This document shows, piece after piece, positions 39,031-50,977 of a stretch of 50,977 nucleotides of DNA. A program made the position numbers and the translations under genes. How positions within the stretch are numbered: position 1 is the stretch's first letter; each line of letters begins with the position of its first letter. This DNA comes from Octopus sinensis (lineage: Eukaryota), in NCBI RefSeq assembly GCF_006345805.1, contig NW_021834178.1:1-50977 (forward strand), given 5' to 3'. The notes under the pieces were generated by a model. That model was given only the letters and a program-made list of their open reading frames with translations. It had not been told where the DNA came from and did not search any database.

Positions 39031-39372
39031 TTAGGTTGTCAAGAAAGTTCTTACGGAATTTTCGATTTTGGTTTTAAATTATGTATTTTAAAATTAATTT
39101 TCGCTAAATTACTTTGATTTTATATATCATTTTAAGGTACGTTTATCGCTTTATCTAATTGTATTACTCTTTTTCTTTTCTAATAATTAGACCATTTTTT
39201 CCAGAACGTTGAATACAACAGGGACAAAAAGCAAATTCGCACAATTTTCTTATTCCAGTTCAAGCTAGGCTGAAAAGCTGCTGAAACATTTCGCGATATC
39301 AACGATGCGTTTGGCCCAGGAGCCACTAATGAATGTACAGTACAATTGTGGTTCAAGAAATTTCGTAGCGGT
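39031..39372 (+). mobile_element. Mariner transposon left end (TIR plus transposase N-terminus, pseudogenised)
   Basis: ttaggttgtc...TIR-like start; 39223-39372 translates DKKQIRTIFLFQFKLG*KAAETFRDINDAFGPGATNECTVQLWFKKFRSG, the mariner HTH region (Hsmar1/SETMAR-like). Confidence 0.88.
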
Positions 39373-39400
39373 TGTCAAGCGATGTTGGGGGAGGGCAAAA

Positions 39401-39473
<73 letters not shown>

Positions 39474-39644
39474 CATACATACATACATACGACAAGCTTC
39501 TTTCAGTTTCCGTCTACCAAATCCACTCACAAGGCTTTGATCGACCCGAGGCTATAGTAAAAGACACTTGCCCAAGGTGCCACGCAGTAGGACTGAACCC
39601 GAAACCATGTGGTTGGTAAGCAAGCTACTTACCACACAGCCACT
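39369..39644 (-). mobile_element. SINE family B, 3' end missing
   Basis: Head at right; joins the mariner fragment at a shared cggt. Confidence 0.9.
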
Positions 39645-40955
39645 ACCCAAAATAGAGAAAGTGAACTTATAAGAACTACCAATCTCCTGACTGAATGGTA
39701 GTCTTACTTACCAATCGGCTGTACAAGTTGCCAGGAATGGGGTACATATTACAAAATACTGATATTACTTTTCGGAATGATATTATATTCACCACTGTTA
39801 TTGTTTCTTGTCGCATGTTAATATCAATCGTGTATTCTTTATTTCATTTGGTAGGAATTACAATAAGTTGCCGAATATAAAACTTCAGAATATATTCATT
39901 GAGAACACATAAAATATAGCGAAAATTTACATCCATTCTCAGTATAATTAGGTTCCTAGAACAGCGTTTTCTATGAATACCGGCGTCTAGTAAATACGCA
40001 CATAAGTACACAGGCGTATATTTATTATAATATTTTAATAACTATATGTATGTGTGTATGCATATTTGATCTTCATACATATTCTATAATGCTTAGCGTA
40101 TAAAATGTGTATGGTTTCTTGTTGAGATGATTATTCAAGTATCCACTAGCTATGAATACACATACAAGGTCATAATTTTATTAATATCGGTTTATTGTCT
40201 TCAATATTAATTTCTATTCGAAATTGAAAACTTCCTGTATAGATTCACTAAAATTAACCCAAATAACTTACTGGTATTTATTTCCTTAAATGTAAAAGAA
40301 TGCAGAGGTGGGAGCTATTTTGTCTATGTTTCTAGAATATCGAAGAACAGTATTGAATATCGTAAATGCCTCTTGTCCGATGTCTAAATATTCTCCCTAA
40401 ACACGATTACGTACGAGAAAATTATTCTTCGCAGTAATACACTTTAGAGTAACTGTAAGTTTAATAACCCTTCCTATTATAGGAATAAGGCTTGAAATTT
40501 TGAGTGAGGGAGCTACTCGATTTCACCTGTCCCTGTGCTTGACTGTCAATTAATCGATCTGAAAGGAAGAAAGGCAAATTTGACCTCGGAGGAATTTAAT
40601 CTAGAGATAAAAGGAATGTTGTTAAGCATTTTATGTGCCGTGCCAACGATTACGCCAGCTCGCCAGTTTAACTAAAAGTTTATTTATAAATTTGCACGTT
40701 ACAGGGAATTATTTAAGCTGCGGAAAAATTTCAGTTAACTAGGAATTCGGAATCATCTCCGATATCTGGTCGAAACACTCTGATACTATGAACCTTTTGG
40801 AATTAATAAACAGATATTGCAATATTAGATACTGAACCTTTGTACTCCGTATACAAAACGGGAACCCTAAACACAAGGAAAATGAATGCATACGTAAACG
40901 TGTCGTGATAAACGATGTTTATGTGTAGGAGAAAGTATTATAATATCTAGGTAAA

Positions 40956-41370
40956 GGCGGCGAGGTGGCAGAAACGTCAGCACGCTGAGCGAAATGCGTA
41001 GCCGTATTTCATCTGCCGCTACGTTCTGAGTTCAAATTCCGCCGAGGTCGACTTTGCCTTTCATCCTTTCGAGGTCGATAAATTAAGTACCAGTTACGCA
41101 CTGGGGAAGATGTAATCGACTTAATCCGTTTGTCTGTCCTTGTTTGTCCTCTCTATGTTTAGCCCCTTGTAGGCAGTAAAGAAATAGCTATTTCGTCTGC
41201 CGTTACGTTCTGAGTTCAAATTCCGCCGTGGTCGACGTTGCCTTTCATCCTTCCAGGGTCGATTAAATAAGTACCAGTTACGCACTGGGCTCGATGTAAT
41301 CGACTTAATCCGTTTGTCTGTCCTTGTTTGTCCCCTCTGTGTTTAGCCCCTTGTGAGTAGTAAAGAAATA
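40956..41370 (+). mobile_element. SINE family D: one head plus two tandem bodies of about 183 bp
   Basis: Bodies at 41005-41188 and 41189-41370; TSD tataatatctaggta at 40939-40953 and 41371-41385. Confidence 0.93.
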
Positions 41371-42395
41371 TATAATATCTAGGTAGGAATTATTGCAGTT
41401 CAGTTTTCCTAGACAAATGCACGGATATCTCAAGTTCCAATATTCTTTAAATCATGAATTGTTTTGCGTTTCTTGTTCATCTATAAACTCTATATCGCAT
41501 GTTAGGACGGTTTTGTTTGTTTGTTTGTTTGTTTGTTTATAATCTTAAAAAGGACATATTAACTTATTTGTAGCAGAGTAGCAAAGTTCCAAAAGCAAAT
41601 AAATCGAAGTTTGTTTCATAACTATGATCAAATACTGCCTCTCCCATGTAACAATATGTTGTATGTTCGCTGAAGCAAATTTCTATCGAGGTGAAATTCA
41701 AGAACTATATTAAATTCCGTGTTTTGATATATATATTTCATATCGCTTATGTTAATAAGTTATATAGACAAAGAAAGGAAGAAATCTAGTAATTCTTTCA
41801 TTTCACTTCTCTGGGTACTGCAAAACAAGAGCGTAACATTTTATATCATATCACCGGGCTTTATATTGTTTCCTCTACAGACAGATTCCCAGAGCCTCTA
41901 GAACCGTTTCAATGAGATAGTTATATAGATGTACTACAGAACATGTCCTGCAGACTTCATAGGGTCGCTTTAATGCTGCTGTAGGCTGCATCTTTCTAAT
42001 AAAAGTGCCACAGATAAAGGATAAAATCCTTCATAGAAAGCTCTCTGATATCGTTGTATGTTCTAATGCAAAAGGCAATACTCGTGTACAGCTGCGATTC
42101 CCTAATAAAGCATTGCTTTATTCCTTGAAGTTTTAAATTGAATTCCGCCTACGATACCTGCTACATGCATTTGATTCTTCCCATGGTTCTATCGAGGAAT
42201 TCTGTGTTCAGTGAAACTACAGAAATGTGCGATTCTAACACAGTTTTCGATCTGTTGATAATCTGAATGATTATGGGTTATCAAAGTTGCCATAGGTATT
42301 TCGTGCCTAATGTAACAATCCAAGCTACTAGAGGTTATAATGATTATACAAAAATAGAATATAGACTGAGGCGTAAACTACCAATAACAAAGCAA

Positions 42396-42817
42396 GGATC
42401 TTTTCGGTTTCAACGGCAGTTTTTTCTAGTGGTGTCATGAAATTGTCACCCATAATTATGACTCTAGTATCGATATATTGCATTTCAATCTGTTTTAGGG
42501 TTAGATTTAGTTAGGGTTAGCGGTGGGGTATCTTTTTTTTTCTTCACAAATGTAAATAAACCCAATCTGTTTCTTAAACGAGGGACATATTCATACGGCA
42601 CAGAATGTTTTTTAACTCAATGGACGTCATCGATTGGTTGAAATCGCAGAAATTGAAGAAAAGAAAAACAGCAAAATCTTACAAACTATAGAATTTTCTC
42701 AATAAAACCAAGGGAAAAAGATGTTTTATAAACATATTCTACCAGTATACGAAGTTTAAAATTTTTTAGTTACCTAGAAATTATGTTAAAAACCTGCCGT
42801 TCAAACCGAAAAGATCC
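42396..42817 (+). mobile_element. Non-autonomous DNA transposon (MITE), Merlin-like
   Basis: 24-bp TIR GGATCTTTTCGGTTT(C/G)AACGGCAG and 8-bp TSD caaagcaa (42388-42395, 42818-42825). GG termini with an 8-9 bp TSD are Merlin hallmarks. Confidence 0.85.
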
Positions 42818-43346
42818 CAAAGCAAAATTAGCAACTCGTTCATTGGTATGCAGTGCGGATTACACCGGCTCATGTTAGTGAATTTCGAGTAATTTGGTGA
42901 AAGAAGGATTCCACCATCTCCCATACATTTGATAAACCTGCTGAAGCTGCAGAGAATAACGTCGAAACATAAAATGAGATAAAGGACATTCAGACGTAAC
43001 GAAGTCCAGCCATCTATGTGACTGATACACGTAAGTTTCTGCCAAAGAGTCACAGAGTAAGAAAGACCGAAAAAGAAGAAGAGTGGTGGATAGCCAGAAA
43101 CATAGAGAGGGCAGAACAAGCACTAGTATTGAAATCATTCTTGTCACTAAATTTGGAACTTTTATCAATAAGTTGTATGCTTGTAACATCATTTGTGTCG
43201 AGTTATATTTGAAAATTTATTGAAAATTCAAATGATTTACCAAGAGAGGAAATCACGGACAGTACTGCGCTAAGATAATGGCTTACATTTGAATACTCTT
43301 TATTCCTTGATTACCCCAACCAAAATTATTACAAATAAATTATTTA

Positions 43347-43383
<37 letters not shown>

Positions 43384-43386
<3 letters not shown>

Positions 43387-43527
43387 TCTTTTACTTGTTT
43401 CAGTCATTTGACTGTGGCCATGCTGGAGCACCGCCTTTAGTCGAGCAAATCGACCCTGGAACTTATTCTTTTGTAAGTCCAGTACTTCTTCTATCGGTCT
43501 CTTTTTGCCGAACCGCTAAGTGACGGG
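43384..43527 (-). mobile_element. SINE family B, 3' fragment
   Basis: tactcttttacttgtttcagtcatttgactg...ccgaaccgctaagtgacggg. Confidence 0.88.
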
Positions 43528-44207
43528 ATATATATAATTTAAATAATAATAAAAGCTCAATAGGGTATTTTCGTCCCTTTAAATAATTTAAGCATTTTCA
43601 CTATAAAAATTAATTTCTAATAAATAAAATAGAGACAGTTAAATTTTCGTGAAACCATTCATTCTAGCCCGAATATATATATAGACCATGCTACCTTAGT
43701 ACAGTCATAATACCGCAGCTGTTAAATATCAATCACCGAGCAGGCCCAACTCTTCATTTAAAAAAACTCAAAGAGACATGTTTATCTAGATTTCGCAATT
43801 ATATTTTTTTTTATCTTGGAGATGGAACCGAAAATCAGTACTGAATAACATATGAAAACTTATCTTCTCTCAATATCGCCAAAGCTTGCAGCCGGAATTT
43901 CTCTGCAGAATTTATTTAAAAGTAAAAATACTATAATCTATTGATAATATATTGATAATATCATCCACATTTTATGATAACAGTAAACAACCTTCGGATA
44001 CTTCACCTTTTTTTTTCTCTCCTACAACCACAAACTTCCAAAATTAGTTTCGTGAATCAAACCTACGTACAAATTCCTGAAAGTTATGGCATGCATACGG
44101 CAATCGATCCTTCTTGAGATCTTTCGAACTGTGATAAATTGTAATAAGGTTTCACTAAATCACGTTTCCCCAATTTAAATGTGGACAGGACATGTAACAT
44201 AAAAGGT

Positions 44208-44630
44208 GGATCTTTTCGGTTTGAACGGCAGGATTTTAAAATAATTTCCACTTAACTAAACACTTTTAAACTTCGTATACTGGTACAATGTGTTTATAAA
44301 ACATCTTTTTCTCTGTGCGTTAATGAGAAAACTCTATAGTTTGTAAGATATTTATTGTTTTTTTCTTCAATTTCTGCAATTTCAACCAATCAATGACGTC
44401 TATTGAGTCGTGCTTTATGAATTGAATATGCCCCTCGTTTAAGAAACAGATTGGGTTTATTTACATTCCTGAAGAAAAAAGATACCCTTCCCTCCACCCC
44501 TAACCCTAACCAACCCTAACTAACCCTAAAACAGATCGAAATGCAGTAGATCGATACCAGGGTCATAATTATGGGTGACAATTTCATATGATACCGCTAG
44601 AAAAAACTGCAGGTCAAACCGAAAAGATCC
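44208..44630 (-). mobile_element. Second copy of the Merlin-like MITE, inverted
   Basis: Same TIRs; interior is the reverse complement of 42396-42817; TSD degraded (taaaaggt vs tacaggt). Confidence 0.85.
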
Positions 44631-44962
44631 TACAGGTAAATGCATTCCTGTCGGTTTCGAGGATGTGTATCCATTAGCCCTATCGACTGAATTCCTTGCT
44701 CATTGCTTCAGCCTATAATAGGTTGAATATTCCAAATCAGTATAGATTTCTATTAATCCTCAGGCAGTATCAGTGCGGTACAATGCGTGAGTGACAAGTA
44801 TAGAAAGTTTAATTAGGGTTACAATCTACTCGATTGGCTTCTACACAGATTCCATACAACCAATTTTATAGCCCCAAGTCGACGTGGAGTTATGATTAAA
44901 AAATTGTAGGTGCCGGGAAATTGCATAGAACATGGGTCCCTGTGAGTGTGAAAATAACTTCT

Positions 44963-45565
44963 TATTTCTTTATTACCCACATAGGGCTAAACATACAGGC
45001 GACAAACAAGGACAGACAAACGATTAAGTCGATTACATCAACCCTAGTGTGTAACTGGTACTTAATTTATCGACTCCGGAAGGATGAAAGGCAAAGTCGA
45101 CCTCGGCGGAATTTGAACTCAGAACGCAGCGGCAGACGAAGTACTTGTTTCTTTACTACCCACAAAGGGGCTAAACACAGAGGGGACACACAAGGACAGA
45201 CAAACGGATTAAGTCGATTATATCAACCCCAGTGCGTAACTGGTACTTATTTTATCGACCCCGAAAGGATGAAAGGCAAAGTCGACCTCGGCGGAATTTG
45301 AACTCAGAACGCAGCGGCAGACGAGAGTACTTGTTTCTTTACTACCCACAAAGGGGCTAAACACAGAGGGGACACACAAGGACAGACAAACGGATTAAGT
45401 CGATTATATCGACGTTCAGTGCGTAACTGGTACTTATTTTATCGACCCCGAAAGGATGAAAGGCAAAGTCGACCTCGGTGGAATTTGAACTCAGAACGTA
45501 GTGGCAGACGAAATAATTGTTAAGCATTTCGCCCGACGTGCTGACGTTTCTACCAGCTCGCCGCC
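44963..45565 (-). mobile_element. SINE family D: one head plus three tandem bodies
   Basis: Period 185-187 bp; TSD gt(g/a)aaaataacttct at 44948-44962 and 45569-45583. Confidence 0.93.
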
Positions 45566-45791
45566 TTTGTAAAAATAACTTCTAAGCCACTCGGTCATGA
45601 CATATCTACATATTGAATAATCACGCCCTGTATTGATTTCTATTGTCGTTAGTATGAATACACGAAAAATGCAAGCTAGGATAATATGATGCAACATAAT
45701 TGAATTAGGAATAAGTTAGCATAGACAAATAGTATATTTATTCATGTCTCATAAAACTTTGCGAACATAATTTCTTTGTCATAGAGCTACC

Positions 45792-46378
45792 TGTTTCTTT
45801 ACACAGAGGGGACAAACAAGGACAGACAAACGGATTAAGTCGGTTCTACCGACTCTAGTGCGTAACTGGTACTTATTTAATCGACCCCGAAAGGATGAAA
45901 GGCAAAGTCGACGTCGGCGGAATTTGAACTCAGAACGTAGCGGCAGACGAAATACCTATTTCTTTATTACCCACAAGGAGCTAAACACAGAGGGGGCAAA
46001 CAAGGACAGACATAGGTATTAAGTCGATTACATCGACCCCAGTGCGTAACTGGTACTTATTAATCGATGACGCCCGCCCGAAAGGATGAAAGGCAAAGTC
46101 GACGTCGGCGGAATTTGAACTCAGAACGTAGCGGCAGACGAAATACCTATTTCTTTATTACCCACAAGGAGCTAAACACAGAGGGGACAAACAAGGACAG
46201 ACATAGGTATTAAGTCGATTACATCGACCCCAGTGCGTAACTGGTACTTATTTATTCGACCCCGAAAGGATGAAAGACAAAGTCGACGTCGGCGGAATTT
46301 GAACTCTGAACGTAGCGGCAGACGAAATACAGCAGAGCATTTCGCCCGGCGTGCTAACGTTTCTGCCAGCTCACCGCC
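45792..46378 (-). mobile_element. SINE family D: one head plus three tandem bodies
   Basis: Period 184-191 bp; perfect 17-bp TSD tttgtcatagagctacc at 45775-45791 and 46381-46397. Confidence 0.93.
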
Positions 46379-47054
46379 TTTTTGTCATAGAGCTACCGAA
46401 CTGTTAGAAACCGTGGAGCGTCGGACGAAATACCTGGAGATAGTTATTCCAGTTTCTTACGTCCCGAGTTCAATTCCTGCTAGGATCTACATTGCTTACA
46501 TAATTCCGCAGTCGATAAATAACCTGCCTAAGGTACTGGACTGGTGAAAGCATCGGACAAGGCATTAGTCTCTGATTTCTTTTAAGTTTCCCCTTCGAAT
46601 CCAACACTCGCCTTTCAGTTTTAATTTTTAGTTTTAATTTTCCCCTTCGTATCCAACACTTGCCTTCAATAACTCTAGCAGGGATCATTCTATTGTAAAC
46701 ACTTCATCCAAGTATCTGGGATGAGAAAATATCCCCTCCCTTGCATTATTCTTAGAGGTCCAGAAAGTTATATGTACTTTACGCTTTTTTGTCGGCTACA
46801 TGATAGAAATGCGCGTATTATATTTGATACAGCTCTCACTCCGACTATTTGGGATTTTCAGAGACAGTAACGTGGGCGCTTGCGTCTAACTCATTGTATA
46901 AATCTTCAACGAAAAAGTTTCATTGAGAATATTTAAATATTTAATGTGATGTCTGTGTATCCTGTCAGAATAATGTCAAAATCAGTTATATAATTTTTTA
47001 GCAATCTCAGTTGGATAATTTTAGAAATGTTTTCCATATTTGTGACTAACAATA

Positions 47055-47223
47055 GGCGCAGGAGTGGCTGTGTGGTAAGTAGCTTGCTAACCAACAACAT
47101 TCCGGGTTCAGTCCCCCTGCGTGACATCTTGGGTAAGTGTCTTCTGCTATAGCCCCGGGCCGACCATTGCCTTGTGAGTGGATTTGGTAGACGGAAACTG
47201 AAAGAAGCCTGTCGTATATATGT

Positions 47224-47261
<38 letters not shown>

Positions 47262-47470
47262 TTGTGTGTCTGTGTTTGTCCCCCTAGCATTGCTTGACAA
47301 CCGATGCTGGTGTGTTTACGTCCCCGTCATTTAGCGGTTCGGCAAAAGAGACCAATAGAATAAGTACTAGGCTTACAAAGAATAAGTCCCGGGGTCAATT
47401 TGCTCGACTAAAGGCGGTGCTCCAGCATGGCCGCAGTCGAATAACTGAAACAAGTAAAAGAGTAAAAGAG
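47055..47470 (+). mobile_element. SINE family B, full length
   Basis: ggcgcaggagtggctgtgtgg head through (GTAAAAGA)n tail. Confidence 0.94.
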
Positions 47471-49031
47471 AGAGTAACAGATTGAATTTGGATAATGTGA
47501 GTCAGTTAATATCATCCGTATTCAGAAAATGCCATCATATACCGGCTGTTGCTTAAATATTCTGCTGTATAGACCTGTGAATTTATGCCATAGGAAAACG
47601 TATGAATCTATATTGTGAGGATAAAAATTGTGGTTTGGTGTGAATTGATGTAGGTATATTAGTGTGTGTGCCCTGCTTTATGCTTGCATGTCATTGTGAT
47701 GTTTTTTTGTTGTTTTTTTTTTACCTGTTTCGGTTACTGGATCGCCTCTACGCTGAAGTACCATCTATTAAGGTCTACGAAACGAAACGAACCCAACACT
47801 CATTTTAAGAGTTATTCACTGTCTGCAAGTATCTTTGGCCGAACAGTTAAGTTATGGAGTCGCTAAAAAATCGAGACCTGTTTCCCAGCGGTGAGGAAAC
47901 CGACCCGAAAACAAACATGTATACATACGTACATTCACATAAACACACGCCCGCGCTCGGGTGCGTGACGATCTTCTAGAATATTTCAGATAGCAAAATT
48001 CACTCACAATGTGTAAGTCAGGTCGGTGCTTTAGTACAGGAGTATTGGCCTGAATTCTGCAATAAACTAAGAATTTTCTTTTAACGGCAAAACTTATTAT
48101 AGCTATTTTACAAATTTCACATCTTCATTCATGCAAGAGAAATAATATTCTGTGAAGGAGACATCTTGTGAAGGCAGCTTTACTACGAATGTTTGGTGGG
48201 ATTTTCTAGGTACATTTTGAATAAGTTAGTGACTTGTATTTCTTTTCTGCTGACGGAAATAAATTTAAACAAAGATAGACATGATATAGTGAATGGCTTC
48301 TCGTGTGTTCCACTTAGTGAATTATATGAATGTTATATTTATATATTAGTGTGTTTTTTCCTGTGAATATTAATGTATCTCTCTCTCACACACACACTTC
48401 CACTCGCCATACCTGCATCCACAAATGTAGAACGTAATGGTAGCTGAGGAAAATAACAATAAAAAATAAATCCTTGGGTAATATACGTCATAATTTTATT
48501 TCTTCAGTTTCTGTGTGTCCGCTAATGTGTATTATGAATGGTAATATATTCTCGAATCGGTTAGAGAATATTAAGTAGCGACAAGAAATTGAATTTCAAA
48601 AACTGCCATGGATAAACCTGAAGATATGATAAATATATTGATTTTTAACGGAATATCTTAATACCAATCTTTCATATCCAACAACATATTCGATTCTCTT
48701 GGTAATTTCTCACTTGTGAAATGCCTACAAACACATACGTACATACAAAATCAAACGCATACTATATATATGTAAGTATTTATGAATATACATATATATA
48801 AATATGTTTGTGTGCATATGTATAAATGTATATATGAAGATACAAATATGTATGTGTATAATATATATATATATATATAAGTATGTATGCATATATATAT
48901 ATATTATATATATATATATGTATGCATATATATATATATGTATGTATATATATATAAATATTATATATATATTGTACATAAACATTGAAGTGACAGTAGA
49001 ACAAAAGTTATACTACTACTAATACTGTTGC

Positions 49032-49073
<42 letters not shown>

Positions 49074-49344
49074 GTCATTGTATGTTTACACCTGAATCAT
49101 AAAATATGCATAGGCCACTTTTTTTGGCGTAGCAACATCCATTTATCCTGCTTCGACCACCAAACGTATATGTATATACACATATATTTCTGGGAGTGTG
49201 TTTGTGTTTGCACTATGATAAAATAAAGGTAAAAGTCAAATGGTAAACGCGTCATTTATGACGCTAGTTCATTTTATTCACTTGCTTTCCATAAATATAC
49301 ACTGTGTGATAAATTTGTGACTTACTCTATAAAGTTACTTCATC

Positions 49345-49510
<166 letters not shown>

Positions 49511-49519
49511 TATATATGT

Positions 49520-49744
49520 GATTCGCTAGCCTCTGCACGCATTTTCTTTCTCTCCTTCTTTCTGTTTTTCTCTCTGTGTATCTTTCTGTTGCAGAGCGTA
49601 GGCTCGAAACGTTAAAGACTTGTTTTATTATATTCCTGAGCGCCATACTAATACAATTGTTTGTTTGTATTCCACTTGCCTTCGTCTTTTGTTTATTTCC
49701 GTAAACCTGCCTTCGTCTTTTGTCTATTTTCATAAAGCTTCCCG

Positions 49745-49745
<1 letters not shown>
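49520..49745 (+). mobile_element. Penelope-like terminal repeat with hammerhead-like motif, ending in (TA)n
   Basis: tcttt-ctgttgc-a-gag cgtagg ctc-gaaa-cg-tt-aaaga, then cctgagcg segment shared with 15225-15420. Confidence 0.55.
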
Positions 49746-49813
<68 letters not shown>

Positions 49814-50619
49814 ATATGACTAACTAATTGTATCTATCTACCTTCCAACTTACCTACCTATCTATCTGTCAATATATGTCTGTCTGTGTATTTACTTATC
49901 TATCAGTTTTTCTAACTATCTTGCTATGTATCTAATTTTTTATTTATCTACCTACATATCTACCAACTTACCTATCTACATATCTCTTTATCTATCTACC
50001 TATCTTCTACATATTTATCTATCTATCTTCTTTCTTTCATTTCTTTTCTCACGTCTAACATCCTGCCTTTACAATCGCACAGAAAGGGTGATATTCAAAT
50101 GCATTTTAGCACTTATAGGTAAGCATATATATCGCGGTATACATGTTCGTAAACAACCAGAAAGAAATAGACAACACAACAATACACACTACCTAAACAC
50201 ACACACACACACATATCTATGCAATTTACACACACATAAATACAAACAAATACAGACAAACAAAAACACAGACGCACATCACTTTCTCACTGTATCGACA
50301 TGACAATCAGATGTTATACATCTACGTTCACAGTGCACCTGGTCCCATTATCATAACTTTCGAATAATGGTACCTAACGTCTTTGCCAAATAAATATAAC
50401 ATGAGGATGGAAGATATCAGGCTATAATGGTTGGGCACAACATTTGTTTCTGTACTGCACACCAGATTTAAGTTGCTAAGTTTGCAAGATTATATTCACC
50501 GTAGCCAAATAATAATGTACGTATGTAATTGTATGCATATATGTGTGTATGTATTTGTTCGTACATATATATATATATATTATATATGTGTGTGTGTGTG
50601 CATACATGCATTGTAGACT

Positions 50620-50977
50620 AGAAGAGGCTGTGTGGTACGGAGCTTGCTTGCCAAAAACATGGATACGGGTTCAGTCCCACTGCGCAACACCTTGGGTAAG
50701 TGTTTTCTTCTATAGCCGTGTCAGTCGATTTGGTAGACGGAAACTGAAAGAAGCTCGTCGTATATAGGTATAGCAATATATATGTGTGTGTGTGTGTTTG
50801 TGTGTCTGTGTTTGTCCCCACAACCAATGCTGGTGTGTTTGCGTCCTCGTAACCTATTGTATCGGCAAATGAGACCGATAGAATAAGTACTAGACTTACA
50901 AAGAATAAGTCCTGGGGTCGATTTGCTCGATTAAAGACGGTGCTTCAGCATGGCTGCAGTCAAATGACTGAAACAAG
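50620..50977 (+). mobile_element. SINE family B, runs off the window end
   Basis: Head, internal deletion after ctatagcc, microsatellite, body to gactgaaacaag. Confidence 0.9.

Noticed and set aside
39712-39758. Strong minus-strand donor gtaagtaag with upstream cag
   Set aside because: No frame resembles iGluR M1/M2 or S1 sequence.
44963-46378. Regular repeats superficially like a CRISPR array
   Set aside because: Units are about 185-bp tandem SINE bodies without unique spacers, flanked by TSDs, in eukaryotic DNA with no cas genes.
47945-47980. GC hairpin followed by CTAG, like a Helitron 3' end
   Set aside because: Imperfect stem, followed by A rather than T, and no matching 5' TC end or second copy.

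Overview
AT-rich eukaryotic genomic DNA, dense in microsatellites and SINEs. The SINE repertoire resembles octopus tRNA-derived families, so Octopus sp. is likely; this is recalled, not checked. The only well-supported gene is a kainate-type ionotropic glutamate receptor on the minus strand. Three consecutive exons (21600-21817, 13270-13495, 9299-9564) splice in frame with canonical AG/GT sites into about 237 aa covering M3 (SYTANLAAF), the S2 lobe and M4. The M1/M2 exon was not found, and the C-terminal exon is uncertain. The rest is intron or flank containing several tRNA-SINE families, 3' fragments of RTE and CR1 LINEs, a mariner fragment, two Merlin-like MITEs, Penelope-like termini and long simple repeats. 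Best leads: (1) an intact minimal type I hammerhead ribozyme (10847-10892, minus, sense to the receptor pre-mRNA) inside a highly structured 1.2-mer repeat with a 394-bp period, like a retrozyme or Penelope pseudo-LTR, plus three non-canonical hammerhead-like variants elsewhere; (2) a SINE found as head-plus-multimer arrays, each flanked by a single 15-17 bp TSD; (3) one SINE head family carrying three different 3' tails. Nearly all YIYI/MYVC-type ORFs in the track are microsatellite artefacts.
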